Below the pieces are notes generated by a model. That model worked only from the letters and a program-made list of their open reading frames with translations. It was not told the origin of the DNA and searched no databases. From positions 1 to 48,564 of the forward strand of contig DATKNT010000149.1 in the NCBI GenBank assembly GCA_035541175.1: a DNA stretch of 48,564 nt, given 5' to 3'. Shown here in pieces: positions 7,876 through 16,028 of the stretch. Each line of letters begins with the position of its first letter. Position 1 is the first letter of the stretch. The DNA comes from Gaiellaceae bacterium. GTDB lineage: Bacteria > Actinomycetota > Thermoleophilia > Gaiellales > Gaiellaceae. The translations under genes and the position numbers were made by a program.

Positions 7876-7979
7876 TGCCCCCTCGGTAATTGGCCGAACC
7901 GGCGATCGGGCCGGCCCCGATGCGCCGGGATTGCCGCCGCGCAGAGATGTGAGCAGACCCCATTCGGGAGGTGGCAGCC

Positions 7980-8612
7980 ATGCGCGCCAGGAGATTCACC
8001 GTCCTCGTCTTCGCCCTGCCGGTCGCCGTGTATCTCGCCGTGCTCGTGCTCGTGGCGGCGCTCTGGATCAAGCCGCCGGCGATCGGCTGGATCGGCCTCG
8101 CCGTCGTCGCGGTCGTCTCGATCGCGATCGGCACGGCCGCCTACGTCCTCTTCCCGCGAATGAGCGTCAACGCCGACCCGGTGGCCGCGCCCGAGCGCCG
8201 GCGGCTGCTCGTGCTGGCGGACGCGCGCTGCAGCGCCCGGCAGGTCACCGACACGGTCGCGGCGCGCCTCGCCGGCCGCGACGCGGACGTCCTCGTCGTC
8301 GCGCCGGTCCTGCCGACGCCGTCCCACTACGTGGCGGTCGACGAGGACGGGGCGCGGGCCGCCGCCGCCGCGCGCCTCGACGACGTCCTCGCGGAGCTGC
8401 GGCGCGCCGGCATCGCGGCGGAGGGCCGCGTCGGCACCGACGAGCCGGTCCAGGCGCTCGGCGACGCGCTCGTCGACTTCCCGGCCGCGGAGGTGCTGAT
8501 CGTCACCCCGCCCGACGGGAGCTGGCTCGAGCGCGACGTGTTCGAGCGGGCGCGTCCGCTCGCGCCGGTGGTCGAGCGGGTCGAGACGTCTACCAACGGA
8601 GGCAAGCAATGA
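7980..8612 (+). CDS. Membrane-anchored protein with a C-terminal USP-like (HUP-fold) domain
   Basis: ATG 7980 lies 8 nt after GGGAGG (7965-7970). Two N-terminal TM helices are followed by RRLLVLADARCS...DVLVVAPVL...EVLIVTPP, beta-strand/helix alternation like universal-stress/KdpD-type domains. The stop overlaps the asnA start (ATGA). Confidence 0.55.
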   Translation: MRARRFTVLVFALPVAVYLAVLVLVAALWIKPPAIGWIGLAVVAVVSIAIGTAAYVLFPRMSVNADPVAAPERRRLLVLADARCSARQVTDTVAARLAGRDADVLVVAPVLPTPSHYVAVDEDGARAAAAARLDDVLAELRRAGIAAEGRVGTDEPVQALGDALVDFPAAEVLIVTPPDGSWLERDVFERARPLAPVVERVETSTNGGKQ

Positions 8613-9742
8613 CGGGCGTGAAGGAGCTCGACCTCGCCGGCCCGGGCATCGGCAGCTACGAGGAGCTCGCGCGGGTCCTCCCGCGCAACTACCGGCCGCT
8701 GCTGTCGCGGAAGGAGACGATGCAGGCGCTCTACGCGGCGAAGCGGCTGATCGAGGACCGGCTCTGCGAGACGCTGGGGCTGACGATGGTGCAGGTGCCG
8801 CTGATCGTCGACGCGACCAGCGGCGTCAACGACTACCTCGACCGCGACGGGTCGCGCACGCCGATCCGCTTCCACATCTCGAACGACCGCGACGTCCATC
8901 CGGTCGACGCCGAGGTCGTCCAGGCGGCGACGAAGTGGAAGCGGATGGCGCTCGCGCAGTTCGGCATGAAGCCGGGCGAGGGCCTGCTCACCGACATGCG
9001 CGCGGTGCGGAAGGACTACTTCCTCGACCACGACCACAGCGCGTACGTCGACCAGTGGGACTGGGAGCGCGCGATCACGCCGCAGGAGCGGACGCTCGAC
9101 TACCTCACCGACACGGTGCGCGCGATCTGGCGCGTGCTGAAGGAGGCCGAGGCGTTCCTGCGCGACGCGTTCCCCGCGCTCGCCGGCGGGCGCTACCGGC
9201 CGCTTCCGGACGAGCTCACCTTCATCCACGCCGAGGACGTGCTCGCCGAGTGGCCGGACCTGCCGCGCAAGCAGCGCGAGACGATGCTGCTGCAGGAGCA
9301 CCCGGCGGTGTTCATCTACGGGATCGGCTGGCCGCTCGCCGACGGGCTGCCGCACGAGCTGCGGGCGGCCGACTACGACGACTGGTCGACGGAGACGATG
9401 TCGGTCGACGGTCGCCCGATGCACGGGCTGAACGGCGACATCCTCGTCTGGAACCCGGTGACGGAGCGGCGGCACGAGCTGTCGTCGATGGGGATCCGCG
9501 TGACGAAGGACTCGCTGCGCCGCCAGCTGGAGCTGTCCGGCCAGCTCGACTTCCTCGACCTGCCGTACCACCGGGCGATCGTCCACGACGAGGTGCCGCT
9601 CTCGATCGGCGGAGGGATCGGCCAGTCGCGGACGATGATGCTGCTGCTGCGGACCGCGCACCTCGGGGAGGTCAGCGTCGCTGTCTGGCCGCGCGTGCTG
9701 AAGGAGCTGTGCGCCGACCGGAACATCCACGTCCTCGAGTGA
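8609..9742 (+). CDS. asnA: Aspartate-ammonia ligase (asparagine synthetase A)
   Basis: ATG 8609 follows GGAGG. Near-identical AsnA blocks are present: AYVDQWDWER, ADYDDWS, LNGDILVWNPV, ELSSMGIRV and IGGGIGQSR. Confidence 0.9.
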   Translation: MTGVKELDLAGPGIGSYEELARVLPRNYRPLLSRKETMQALYAAKRLIEDRLCETLGLTMVQVPLIVDATSGVNDYLDRDGSRTPIRFHISNDRDVHPVDAEVVQAATKWKRMALAQFGMKPGEGLLTDMRAVRKDYFLDHDHSAYVDQWDWERAITPQERTLDYLTDTVRAIWRVLKEAEAFLRDAFPALAGGRYRPLPDELTFIHAEDVLAEWPDLPRKQRETMLLQEHPAVFIYGIGWPLADGLPHELRAADYDDWSTETMSVDGRPMHGLNGDILVWNPVTERRHELSSMGIRVTKDSLRRQLELSGQLDFLDLPYHRAIVHDEVPLSIGGGIGQSRTMMLLLRTAHLGEVSVAVWPRVLKELCADRNIHVLE

Positions 9743-9756
9743 AAGGGGCCGAGACC

Positions 9757-11097
9757 GTGCAGAAGGTCATCGTCATGGGCGCGGGGGGACGGGACTTCCA
9801 CGACTTCAACCTCGTCTTCCGCGAGGACCCGGAGACGCGCGTCGTCGCGTTCACGGCGGCGCAGATCCCCGGGATCGACGACCGCGTGTACCCGGCCTCG
9901 CTCGCGGGGCCGCTCTATCCGGAGGGGATCCCGATCCTGCCGGAGGAGCAGCTCGCGGAGCTGATCCGCGCGGAGGCGGTCGACGAGGTCGTGCTCGCCT
10001 ACTCGGACCTGTCGCACGAGGACGTGATGCACAAGGCGTCGGTCGCGCTCGCCGCCGGCGCCGACTTCCGGCTGCTCGGGCCGCGCGCGACGATGCTGCT
10101 CGCGACGAGGCCGGTGGTCTCCGTGACCGCCGTCCGCACCGGCTGCGGCAAGAGCCAGACGAGCCGCCGGATCGGCTCGCTCCTCCTCGCCGCCGGGCTG
10201 CGCGTCGCGCTCGTCCGGCATCCGATGCCGTACGGCGACCTCGAGGCGATGCGCGCGCAGCGGTTCGCGTCGCTCGCCGACATCGACGCGTCGCATCCGA
10301 CGATCGAGGAGCGCGAGGAGTACGAGCTGCCGGTCCAGCTCGGCATGACCGTCTACGCGGGCGTCGACTACGGGGAGATCCTCGCGCAGGCGGAGGCCGA
10401 GGCGGACGTGATCATCTGGGACGGCGGCAACAACGACTTCCCGTTCTTCTCGCCCGATCTGTCCGTCGTCGTCGTCGACCCGCTCCGCGCCGGCCACGAG
10501 CTCGCGTACCACCCGGGCGAGGCGAACCTGCGCATGGCCGACGCCGTCGTCGTCAACAAGATCGACAGCGCCGAGCTGTCGGAGCTCGAGACGGTGCTGA
10601 AGGACGTCCGCCTCGTCAACCCGGACGCGCACATCGTGCTCGCGCGCTCGCCGGTCGAGCTCCAGGACGGGCCGCCGGTCGAGGGCAAGCGCGTGCTCGT
10701 CGTCGACGACGGGCCGACGCTGACGCACGGCGGCATGGCCTTCGGCGCCGGCACCGTGGCCGCCCGCGACGCAGGGGCGGCCGAGATCGTCGATCCGCGG
10801 CCCTTCGCGGTCGGCTCGATCGCCGAGACGCTCGCGCGCTATCCGGATCTCCGCGTCCTGCCGGCGATGGGCTACTCGGACGAGCAGCTGGCCGAGCTGG
10901 AGCAGACGATCGACGCGTGCGACTGCGACGTCGTCGTCACCGGCACGCCGATCGACCTCGGCCGGCTCATCCGCTCACGCCACCCGATCCGGCATGCGAC
11001 CTACCGGCTCGAGGAGGTGGGCGGAGTCCCGCTCGCGGACCTGCTCGAGCCGATCGTCGCCACGGCCGGCGGGGTGCGGCCGACCGCCGCTGTCTGA
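9757..11097 (+). CDS. COG2403-type P-loop protein related to cyclic 2,3-diphosphoglycerate synthetase (often annotated 'GTPase')
   Basis: GTG 9757 follows AAAGGGG. The N-terminus VIVMGAGGRDFHDFNLVFR and the P-loop VRTGCGKSQTS are characteristic of this family. Confidence 0.75.
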   Translation: MQKVIVMGAGGRDFHDFNLVFREDPETRVVAFTAAQIPGIDDRVYPASLAGPLYPEGIPILPEEQLAELIRAEAVDEVVLAYSDLSHEDVMHKASVALAAGADFRLLGPRATMLLATRPVVSVTAVRTGCGKSQTSRRIGSLLLAAGLRVALVRHPMPYGDLEAMRAQRFASLADIDASHPTIEEREEYELPVQLGMTVYAGVDYGEILAQAEAEADVIIWDGGNNDFPFFSPDLSVVVVDPLRAGHELAYHPGEANLRMADAVVVNKIDSAELSELETVLKDVRLVNPDAHIVLARSPVELQDGPPVEGKRVLVVDDGPTLTHGGMAFGAGTVAARDAGAAEIVDPRPFAVGSIAETLARYPDLRVLPAMGYSDEQLAELEQTIDACDCDVVVTGTPIDLGRLIRSRHPIRHATYRLEEVGGVPLADLLEPIVATAGGVRPTAAV

Positions 11098-11158
11098 TCT
11101 CGGTGGCGCAAGCGCCGGAATCCGCTCGCGCGGATCCCGGCACGCGAAGACCCTGAAG

Positions 11159-11178
11159 CCGGCCGCATTCGCGGCCGG
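11159..11178. terminator. Hairpin between convergent genes (candidate terminator without a U-tract)
   Basis: CCGGCCGC-ATTC-GCGGCCGG, a perfect 8-bp stem. It lies between the stop of 9757-11097 (+) and the stop of 11203-11418 (-). Confidence 0.3.
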
Positions 11179-11202
11179 GGAAGGCTTGGTCTCACACAGT
11201 CG

Positions 11203-11418
11203 CTAGTGGCGCTGTGCGGCGACGTGCGTGATGCGCAGGTCGCTGCTCGGGTAGAGGACGCTCTCGCGCCCGTCCTCCCAGGCGATGCGGTAGTGGAGGT
11301 GGCCCGGCTCGCCGAGGACCTCGACGATCCTCCCGTGGCGGACGGCGTCGCCCACCTTGTGGCCCGTCACCTCGACGGCGTCGCCGGCGGCCACCGGCTT
11401 GGTCGATGCGCCCGGCAT
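11203..11418 (-). CDS. DUF1918 domain protein
   Basis: ATG 11418 lies 6 nt after GGGAGG. GDAVEVTGHKVGDAVRHGRIVEVLGEPGHLHYRIAWEDGRESVLYPSSD matches the SH3-like DUF1918 pattern. Confidence 0.75.
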   Translation of the reverse strand: MPGASTKPVAAGDAVEVTGHKVGDAVRHGRIVEVLGEPGHLHYRIAWEDGRESVLYPSSDLRITHVAAQRH

Positions 11419-11506
11419 CTCATGCCTCCCGTTCTCGTCGGACGAGAAAGCGCTGGACACGCCGCGGGTCGCGGCCCATCGGCGATTCCCCGGATTCGAC
11501 TGCCGC

Positions 11507-11824
11507 TCACCCGCGCCCCGGCGTCATCGCCTCGATCCGCTCGGCGAGCTCGTGCAGCGTCCCGGCCGTCTGGAGGCCGGCGATGGAGACGACGGCGCCG
11601 TCGCGCAACTCGACGAGGAGGACCGCGCGGCCGCCGATGCGGTCGCCTCCCTCGCGGCCGATGCGCACCGCCGCGATCTCGGCGCCGCCGACGTCGAGCG
11701 TGCGCCGGTCGTCGCGCGAGCCGCCGTCCAGGTGCAGGCGGTCGCGGTAGAGGTCGAGCCGGCCCGCGACGTGCGGCGCGCGGTCGACGCTCCACAGCAC
11801 CGGGACGGACAGCTCGGGCGCCAT
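11507..11824 (-). CDS. Hypothetical protein
   Basis: 105-aa ORF co-oriented between the M29 aminopeptidase and DUF1918 genes. Reasonable amino-acid composition, no recognised family and no obvious Shine-Dalgarno sequence. Confidence 0.5.
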   Translation of the reverse strand: MAPELSVPVLWSVDRAPHVAGRLDLYRDRLHLDGGSRDDRRTLDVGGAEIAAVRIGREGGDRIGGRAVLLVELRDGAVVSIAGLQTAGTLHELAERIEAMTPGRG

Positions 11825-11900
11825 CTGTTGAGTGTCGGGACTGACGGCGCGACCGTGATCGGGGAAAACTACGGAAGTGGACGCGGCGGCGCCTGCCGGG

Positions 11901-13142
11901 CTAGATCCGCCAGAGGCCGTCGCGGACGAGCGGGACGCGCCGCCCCTTCGCCGTGACGCCGGTCGCCTCGAGGTCTTGCCCGCCGATCATCACGTCGAGG
12001 TGCACGGACGAGTTGTTGACGCCGCGAAGCGGCCGCGCGTCGCGCGTCTGCGAGAAACCCTGGCCGAAGGCGATGTGCGTCGCGGCGTTCTCGTCGAGCA
12101 GGGTCGTGAAATAGGTGCGCCCGCTCTGCCCGATGCGCGACGTCGCGTCCACGAGCGCGACCTCGCCGAGGCGCCGGCCGTTGCCCGTCCGGTCGCTGTC
12201 GAGATACGCGGCGACGAAATCCCGATCGTTCCGGCGGCCGGCCTGGAGCCGCACGAGGCGGCCGCCGCGGAGCTCGCCGCGCAGCCCTTCGATCAGCCTG
12301 CCGTGGAGCGACAGCGGGAACGTGCAGGCGAACGTCCCCTCGGCACCGCCGGCGTGCGGGCTCGTGTACGTCTCCTCCGTCGGCATGTTCGGCGTGATCG
12401 TCGCGCCGGCCGAGGTCTTCTCGGCGCCGCCGAGCCAGCGCGTCCCCGGCGCCATCCGCAGGTCGAGCGCCGTCCCGGGGCCGCGCAGCTCGAGGCGCGC
12501 GAGGTCGAGCCGCGTCAGCCTGGCCGCGCGGCGGCCGATCGCGCGCACGTGCTTCAGCCAGCCGCTCGCGCCGGGGCCGTCCTCGTCGGTGAGGCGGCAG
12601 AACCGGAGGAGGTCCCCGGCGAGCCGTCGCTTCGCCTCGTGCGCCGGCAGCTCCGGATAGACCAGCCCGGCCCAGTAGTTCGTCGGCCAGGCCGCGATCG
12701 TCCAGGGAACGCGCATCTCGATGGACGCGCGCTGAAAGGCGCGCGTGTGCGCCGCCGTCCGCTCGGCGTCCACGCGGATGCGCCGCGGCGCGATCCCGTC
12801 GAGATAGCCGTGCTCGGCCTCTCCGGCGAGGTAGACGAGGGCGGATCCGGGCTTCGCCAGCTCGCGCAGGCGCTGCTTCGCCCACGGCGTGATCGATCCC
12901 AGCGCGTCGTCGCGTCCGTACCGCAGCCGGGCGCGGGTGACGAGCGGATCGTGGGTCTGGGCCTCGACGGCGTGTGCGCCCGCCCGGTAGGCGGACTCGA
13001 CGACGGCGACCACGAGCTCGCGATGCGCGTGCTCGCCGCGGACGACGAGCGTGTCGCCGCGCCGGAGCGCGACGCCGGCCTTGACGATCGCGTCGGCGTA
13101 CCGCCGCAGCCGCTCCGGCTCCAGCAGGGGCTCTCCGTCCAC
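11901..13142 (-). CDS. Aminopeptidase, peptidase family M29 (AmpS/PepS-like)
   Basis: 413 aa. NMPTEETYTSP and ATHIAFGQGF are M29 metal-site blocks, and length and layout are typical. Confidence 0.88.
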   Translation of the reverse strand: MDGEPLLEPERLRRYADAIVKAGVALRRGDTLVVRGEHAHRELVVAVVESAYRAGAHAVEAQTHDPLVTRARLRYGRDDALGSITPWAKQRLRELAKPGSALVYLAGEAEHGYLDGIAPRRIRVDAERTAAHTRAFQRASIEMRVPWTIAAWPTNYWAGLVYPELPAHEAKRRLAGDLLRFCRLTDEDGPGASGWLKHVRAIGRRAARLTRLDLARLELRGPGTALDLRMAPGTRWLGGAEKTSAGATITPNMPTEETYTSPHAGGAEGTFACTFPLSLHGRLIEGLRGELRGGRLVRLQAGRRNDRDFVAAYLDSDRTGNGRRLGEVALVDATSRIGQSGRTYFTTLLDENAATHIAFGQGFSQTRDARPLRGVNNSSVHLDVMIGGQDLEATGVTAKGRRVPLVRDGLWRI

Positions 13143-13160
13143 CGGCGCACCGTATCCCTT

Positions 13161-13190
13161 TTGACGGGAGGCGGCTGCGGCCGGAATGCT
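13161..13190 (+). promoter_or_regulatory. Candidate promoter of the hopanoid operon (leaderless hpnC)
   Basis: TTGACG (13161-13166), 18-nt spacer, AATGCT (13185-13190). The ATG of hpnC lies 8 nt further on with no Shine-Dalgarno sequence, which suggests a leaderless or near-leaderless mRNA. Confidence 0.35.
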
Positions 13191-13198
13191 GTGTTGCC

Positions 13199-14005
13199 AT
13201 GGAGGTCGCCGAGGTCGCCGCCCGTGCCGCGGGGGAGAACTTTCCCGTCGGCTCGCTGCTCTTCCCCCGCGCGCTGCGCCCGCACGTGCGGGCCCTCTAC
13301 TGCTACGCGCGGCTCGTCGACGAGCTCGGCGACGCGTACGACGGCGACCGGCTCGCCGCGCTCGACGAGCTCGAGCGGGAGGTCGACGCGACCTTCGAGG
13401 GCGAGCCGACCTGGCCGGTGCTGCGGAACGTCCAGCCGACGGTGCGCGAGTTCGACCTGCCGCGCGAGCCGTTCGAGCGGCTGATCGAGGCGAACCGGAT
13501 GGACCAGCGCATCTCGGAGTACGAGACGTGGGCCGACCTGAAGTGGTACTGCGTCCACTCCGCCGACCCGTGCGGGCGGCTCGTGCTCGGCGTGCTGCGC
13601 CGCGTCGACGACCCCGAGCTCGTCGCGGCGAGCGACGACGTCTGCACCGGGCTCCAGCTCGTCAACTTCCTCCAGGACGTGCCCCGCGACCTCGAGCTCG
13701 GGAGGATCTACCTGCCGGCGGAGGACAGGCGGCGGTTCGGCGACCCGCCGCTCGACCGGCCGAGCGAGGCGCTGCGCTCGCTCTTCCGCTTCGAGGCGGA
13801 GCGGGCGTCGGCGCTGCTCGCGTCGGGCGAGCTGCTGCGAGCGCGGATCGGCGGACGGCTCGGCCGCGCCGTCGGGCTGTTCGGGCGCGGCGGGCTGGCG
13901 GCGCTCGACGCGCTCGAGTCGGCGAACTGGGACGTGTTCACGCAGCGGCCGAAGCCGTCGCGCGCGCGGCTCGCGCGCGAGGCCGCACTGACGTTGGTGA
14001 GATGA
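13199..14005 (+). CDS. hpnC: Hydroxysqualene synthase (squalene synthase HpnC)
   Basis: SQS_PSY fold. The N-terminal ENFPVGS is typical of HpnC, and the Asp-rich YARLVDELGD and NFLQDVPRD motifs are present. Confidence 0.9.
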   Translation: MEVAEVAARAAGENFPVGSLLFPRALRPHVRALYCYARLVDELGDAYDGDRLAALDELEREVDATFEGEPTWPVLRNVQPTVREFDLPREPFERLIEANRMDQRISEYETWADLKWYCVHSADPCGRLVLGVLRRVDDPELVAASDDVCTGLQLVNFLQDVPRDLELGRIYLPAEDRRRFGDPPLDRPSEALRSLFRFEAERASALLASGELLRARIGGRLGRAVGLFGRGGLAALDALESANWDVFTQRPKPSRARLAREAALTLVR

Positions 14006-14811
14006 GCTACACGACGGGGCAGGCGTACGCCGAGGTGCAGCGGCTCACGCGCGCGCGGGCGAAGAACTTCGCGTACGGGATCATGGTGCTCCCGCGCGAC
14101 AAGCGGCGCGCGATCGCCGCCGTCTACGCCTACGCGCGCGAGATCGACGACGTCGCCGACGGCGACCTGCCGGCCGACGAGAAGCGCCGCCGGCTCGAGG
14201 ACCTCCGCGCCTCGCTCGACCGCGAGCCGTCGGACGCGACGTCGGTCGCGCTCGGAGACGCACGCCGGCGCTTCGGCATCTCGCGCGACGCGCTCGAGGC
14301 GCTCGTCGACGGCGGTCTCCAGGATCTCGAGCAGGCGCGCTACGCGACGTTCGACGACCTGCGCGGCTACTGCGAGAAGGTCGCGGGCGCGGTCGGCGTC
14401 GCGTGCGCCGCCGTCTACGGATCCGACGACGTCGAGCGCGCGATGACGCTGGGGATCTCGCTCCAGCTGATCAACATCATGCGCGACGTCGCCGAGGACG
14501 AGCGGCTCGGCCGCGTCTACCTCCCGCAGGACGAGCTCGCGCGCTTCGGCGTGACGGCGCTGGCGGTGAGCCCGGAGTGGCGCGAGCTGATGGCCTTCCA
14601 GGCGCAGCGCGCGCGCGTCCACATGGACGAGGGGCTGCGCCTGCTCGAGTCGCTCGACCGGCGCAGCGCGCTCTGCGTCTCGACGTTCGCCGGGCTCTAC
14701 CGCGGGCAGCTCGACCGGATGGAGGCGAACGGCTTCGACGTCTTCTCCGCCTCGTGCCGGCTCTCGCCGGCGGCGAAGCTCGGCGTCGTCGCGCGGGGCC
14801 TGCTGCGGTGA
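14002..14811 (+). CDS. hpnD: Presqualene diphosphate synthase HpnD
   Basis: The ATG overlaps the hpnC stop (ATGA). KNFAYGIMVLP, YAREIDDVAD and NIMRDVAEDERLGRVYLP are phytoene/squalene-synthase motifs of the HpnD type. Confidence 0.9.
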   Translation: MSYTTGQAYAEVQRLTRARAKNFAYGIMVLPRDKRRAIAAVYAYAREIDDVADGDLPADEKRRRLEDLRASLDREPSDATSVALGDARRRFGISRDALEALVDGGLQDLEQARYATFDDLRGYCEKVAGAVGVACAAVYGSDDVERAMTLGISLQLINIMRDVAEDERLGRVYLPQDELARFGVTALAVSPEWRELMAFQAQRARVHMDEGLRLLESLDRRSALCVSTFAGLYRGQLDRMEANGFDVFSASCRLSPAAKLGVVARGLLR

Positions 14812-16028
14812 CGCGCGTCGCGGTCGTCGGCGGCGGCCTCGCCGGGCTCGCCGCCGCGCTCGACCTCGTGGACGCCGGCGCGGAGGTGACGGTGCACGAG
14901 GCGCGGCCGACGCTCGGCGGCGCGGTGCAGACGCTGCCCGAGCGCGAGGGCGACCCGCAGCCGCCGCCGGACAACGGCCAGCACATCGCGCTCGGCTGCT
15001 TCAGCGAGTACCTCCGTTTCCTCGACCGCATCGGCGAGAGCGGCTCGGTCCGGCGGACGCGGCTCGCCCTGCCGGTGATCGCCGAGGACGGGACGGCGGC
15101 CGACATCGCGCCGTCGGCGCGCGCTCTTCTGTCCTATCGCCATCTCGCCCTGCGCGACCGCCTCGCACTCCCCCTGGTCCTCGGCCGCCTGCGCAAGGCG
15201 CGGGCGGGCGAGGACGAGACCTTCGGGATGCTTCTCCGCAGGCTCGGCACCTCCGACGAGACGATCTGCCGCTTCTGGGACGTCTTCATGCGGCCGGCGC
15301 TCAACCTCCGCTGCGACGAGATGGACGCGGCGGCCGGCCTCTTCACCGTGCGGACGGCGCTGCTCGGCCCGCGCGCGAACGCGGACCTCGTCCTGCCGGT
15401 GCGGCCGCTCGGGGCGATGCACGGCGAGGCGGCGGCGCGCGCGCTCGCTTCCGCGGGCGCGGCCGTGCTCGCGGACGCGCGCGTCGAGTCGCTCGACGAC
15501 CTCGACGCCGACGCCGTCGTCCTCGCGGTGCCGCCGCGCGAGAGCGCGCGCCTGCTCGGCGAGCCCGAGCCCGCGCTCGAGGACTCGCCGATCGTCAGCG
15601 TCCACCTCTGGTTCGACCGCCCGCTGCTCCCCTTCCCGCTCGCTGCCTTGCTCGGGTCGGACGCACATTGGATCTTCGACCGAGGCGCCCTCACCAGCCA
15701 CCGGCCGCAGGGCGGTGGCCAGTATCTGACCGTCGTCTCGAGCGGCGTCCCCGAGCTGATGGAGATCCGCGGGCGCGACCTCGTCGACCGGATCGCCGGC
15801 CAGCTCGCCGAGCGGCTGGGGCGCGCCGAGCTGCTGTGGTCGCGGGTCAGCCGCGAGCCCTACGCGACGATCGCGCTCCGGCCCGGCGTCGTCCGGCCGG
15901 GCGTCGCGACCGGCCGCGACGGCGTCGTCCGCGCGGGGACGTGGACCGACACGGGCTGGCCGGCGACGATGGAGAGCGCGGTGCGGAGCGGCCGGGCCGC
16001 GGCCGCCGCGGTTACGGTCTCGGGATGA
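14808..16028 (+). CDS. hpnE: Hydroxysqualene dehydroxylase HpnE (FAD-dependent amine-oxidase fold)
   Basis: The GTG overlaps the hpnD stop (GTGA). It carries the dinucleotide-binding VAVVGGGLAGLAAALDL...EARPTLGG motif and sits between hpnD and shc. Confidence 0.85.
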   Translation: MTRVAVVGGGLAGLAAALDLVDAGAEVTVHEARPTLGGAVQTLPEREGDPQPPPDNGQHIALGCFSEYLRFLDRIGESGSVRRTRLALPVIAEDGTAADIAPSARALLSYRHLALRDRLALPLVLGRLRKARAGEDETFGMLLRRLGTSDETICRFWDVFMRPALNLRCDEMDAAAGLFTVRTALLGPRANADLVLPVRPLGAMHGEAAARALASAGAAVLADARVESLDDLDADAVVLAVPPRESARLLGEPEPALEDSPIVSVHLWFDRPLLPFPLAALLGSDAHWIFDRGALTSHRPQGGGQYLTVVSSGVPELMEIRGRDLVDRIAGQLAERLGRAELLWSRVSREPYATIALRPGVVRPGVATGRDGVVRAGTWTDTGWPATMESAVRSGRAAAAAVTVSG

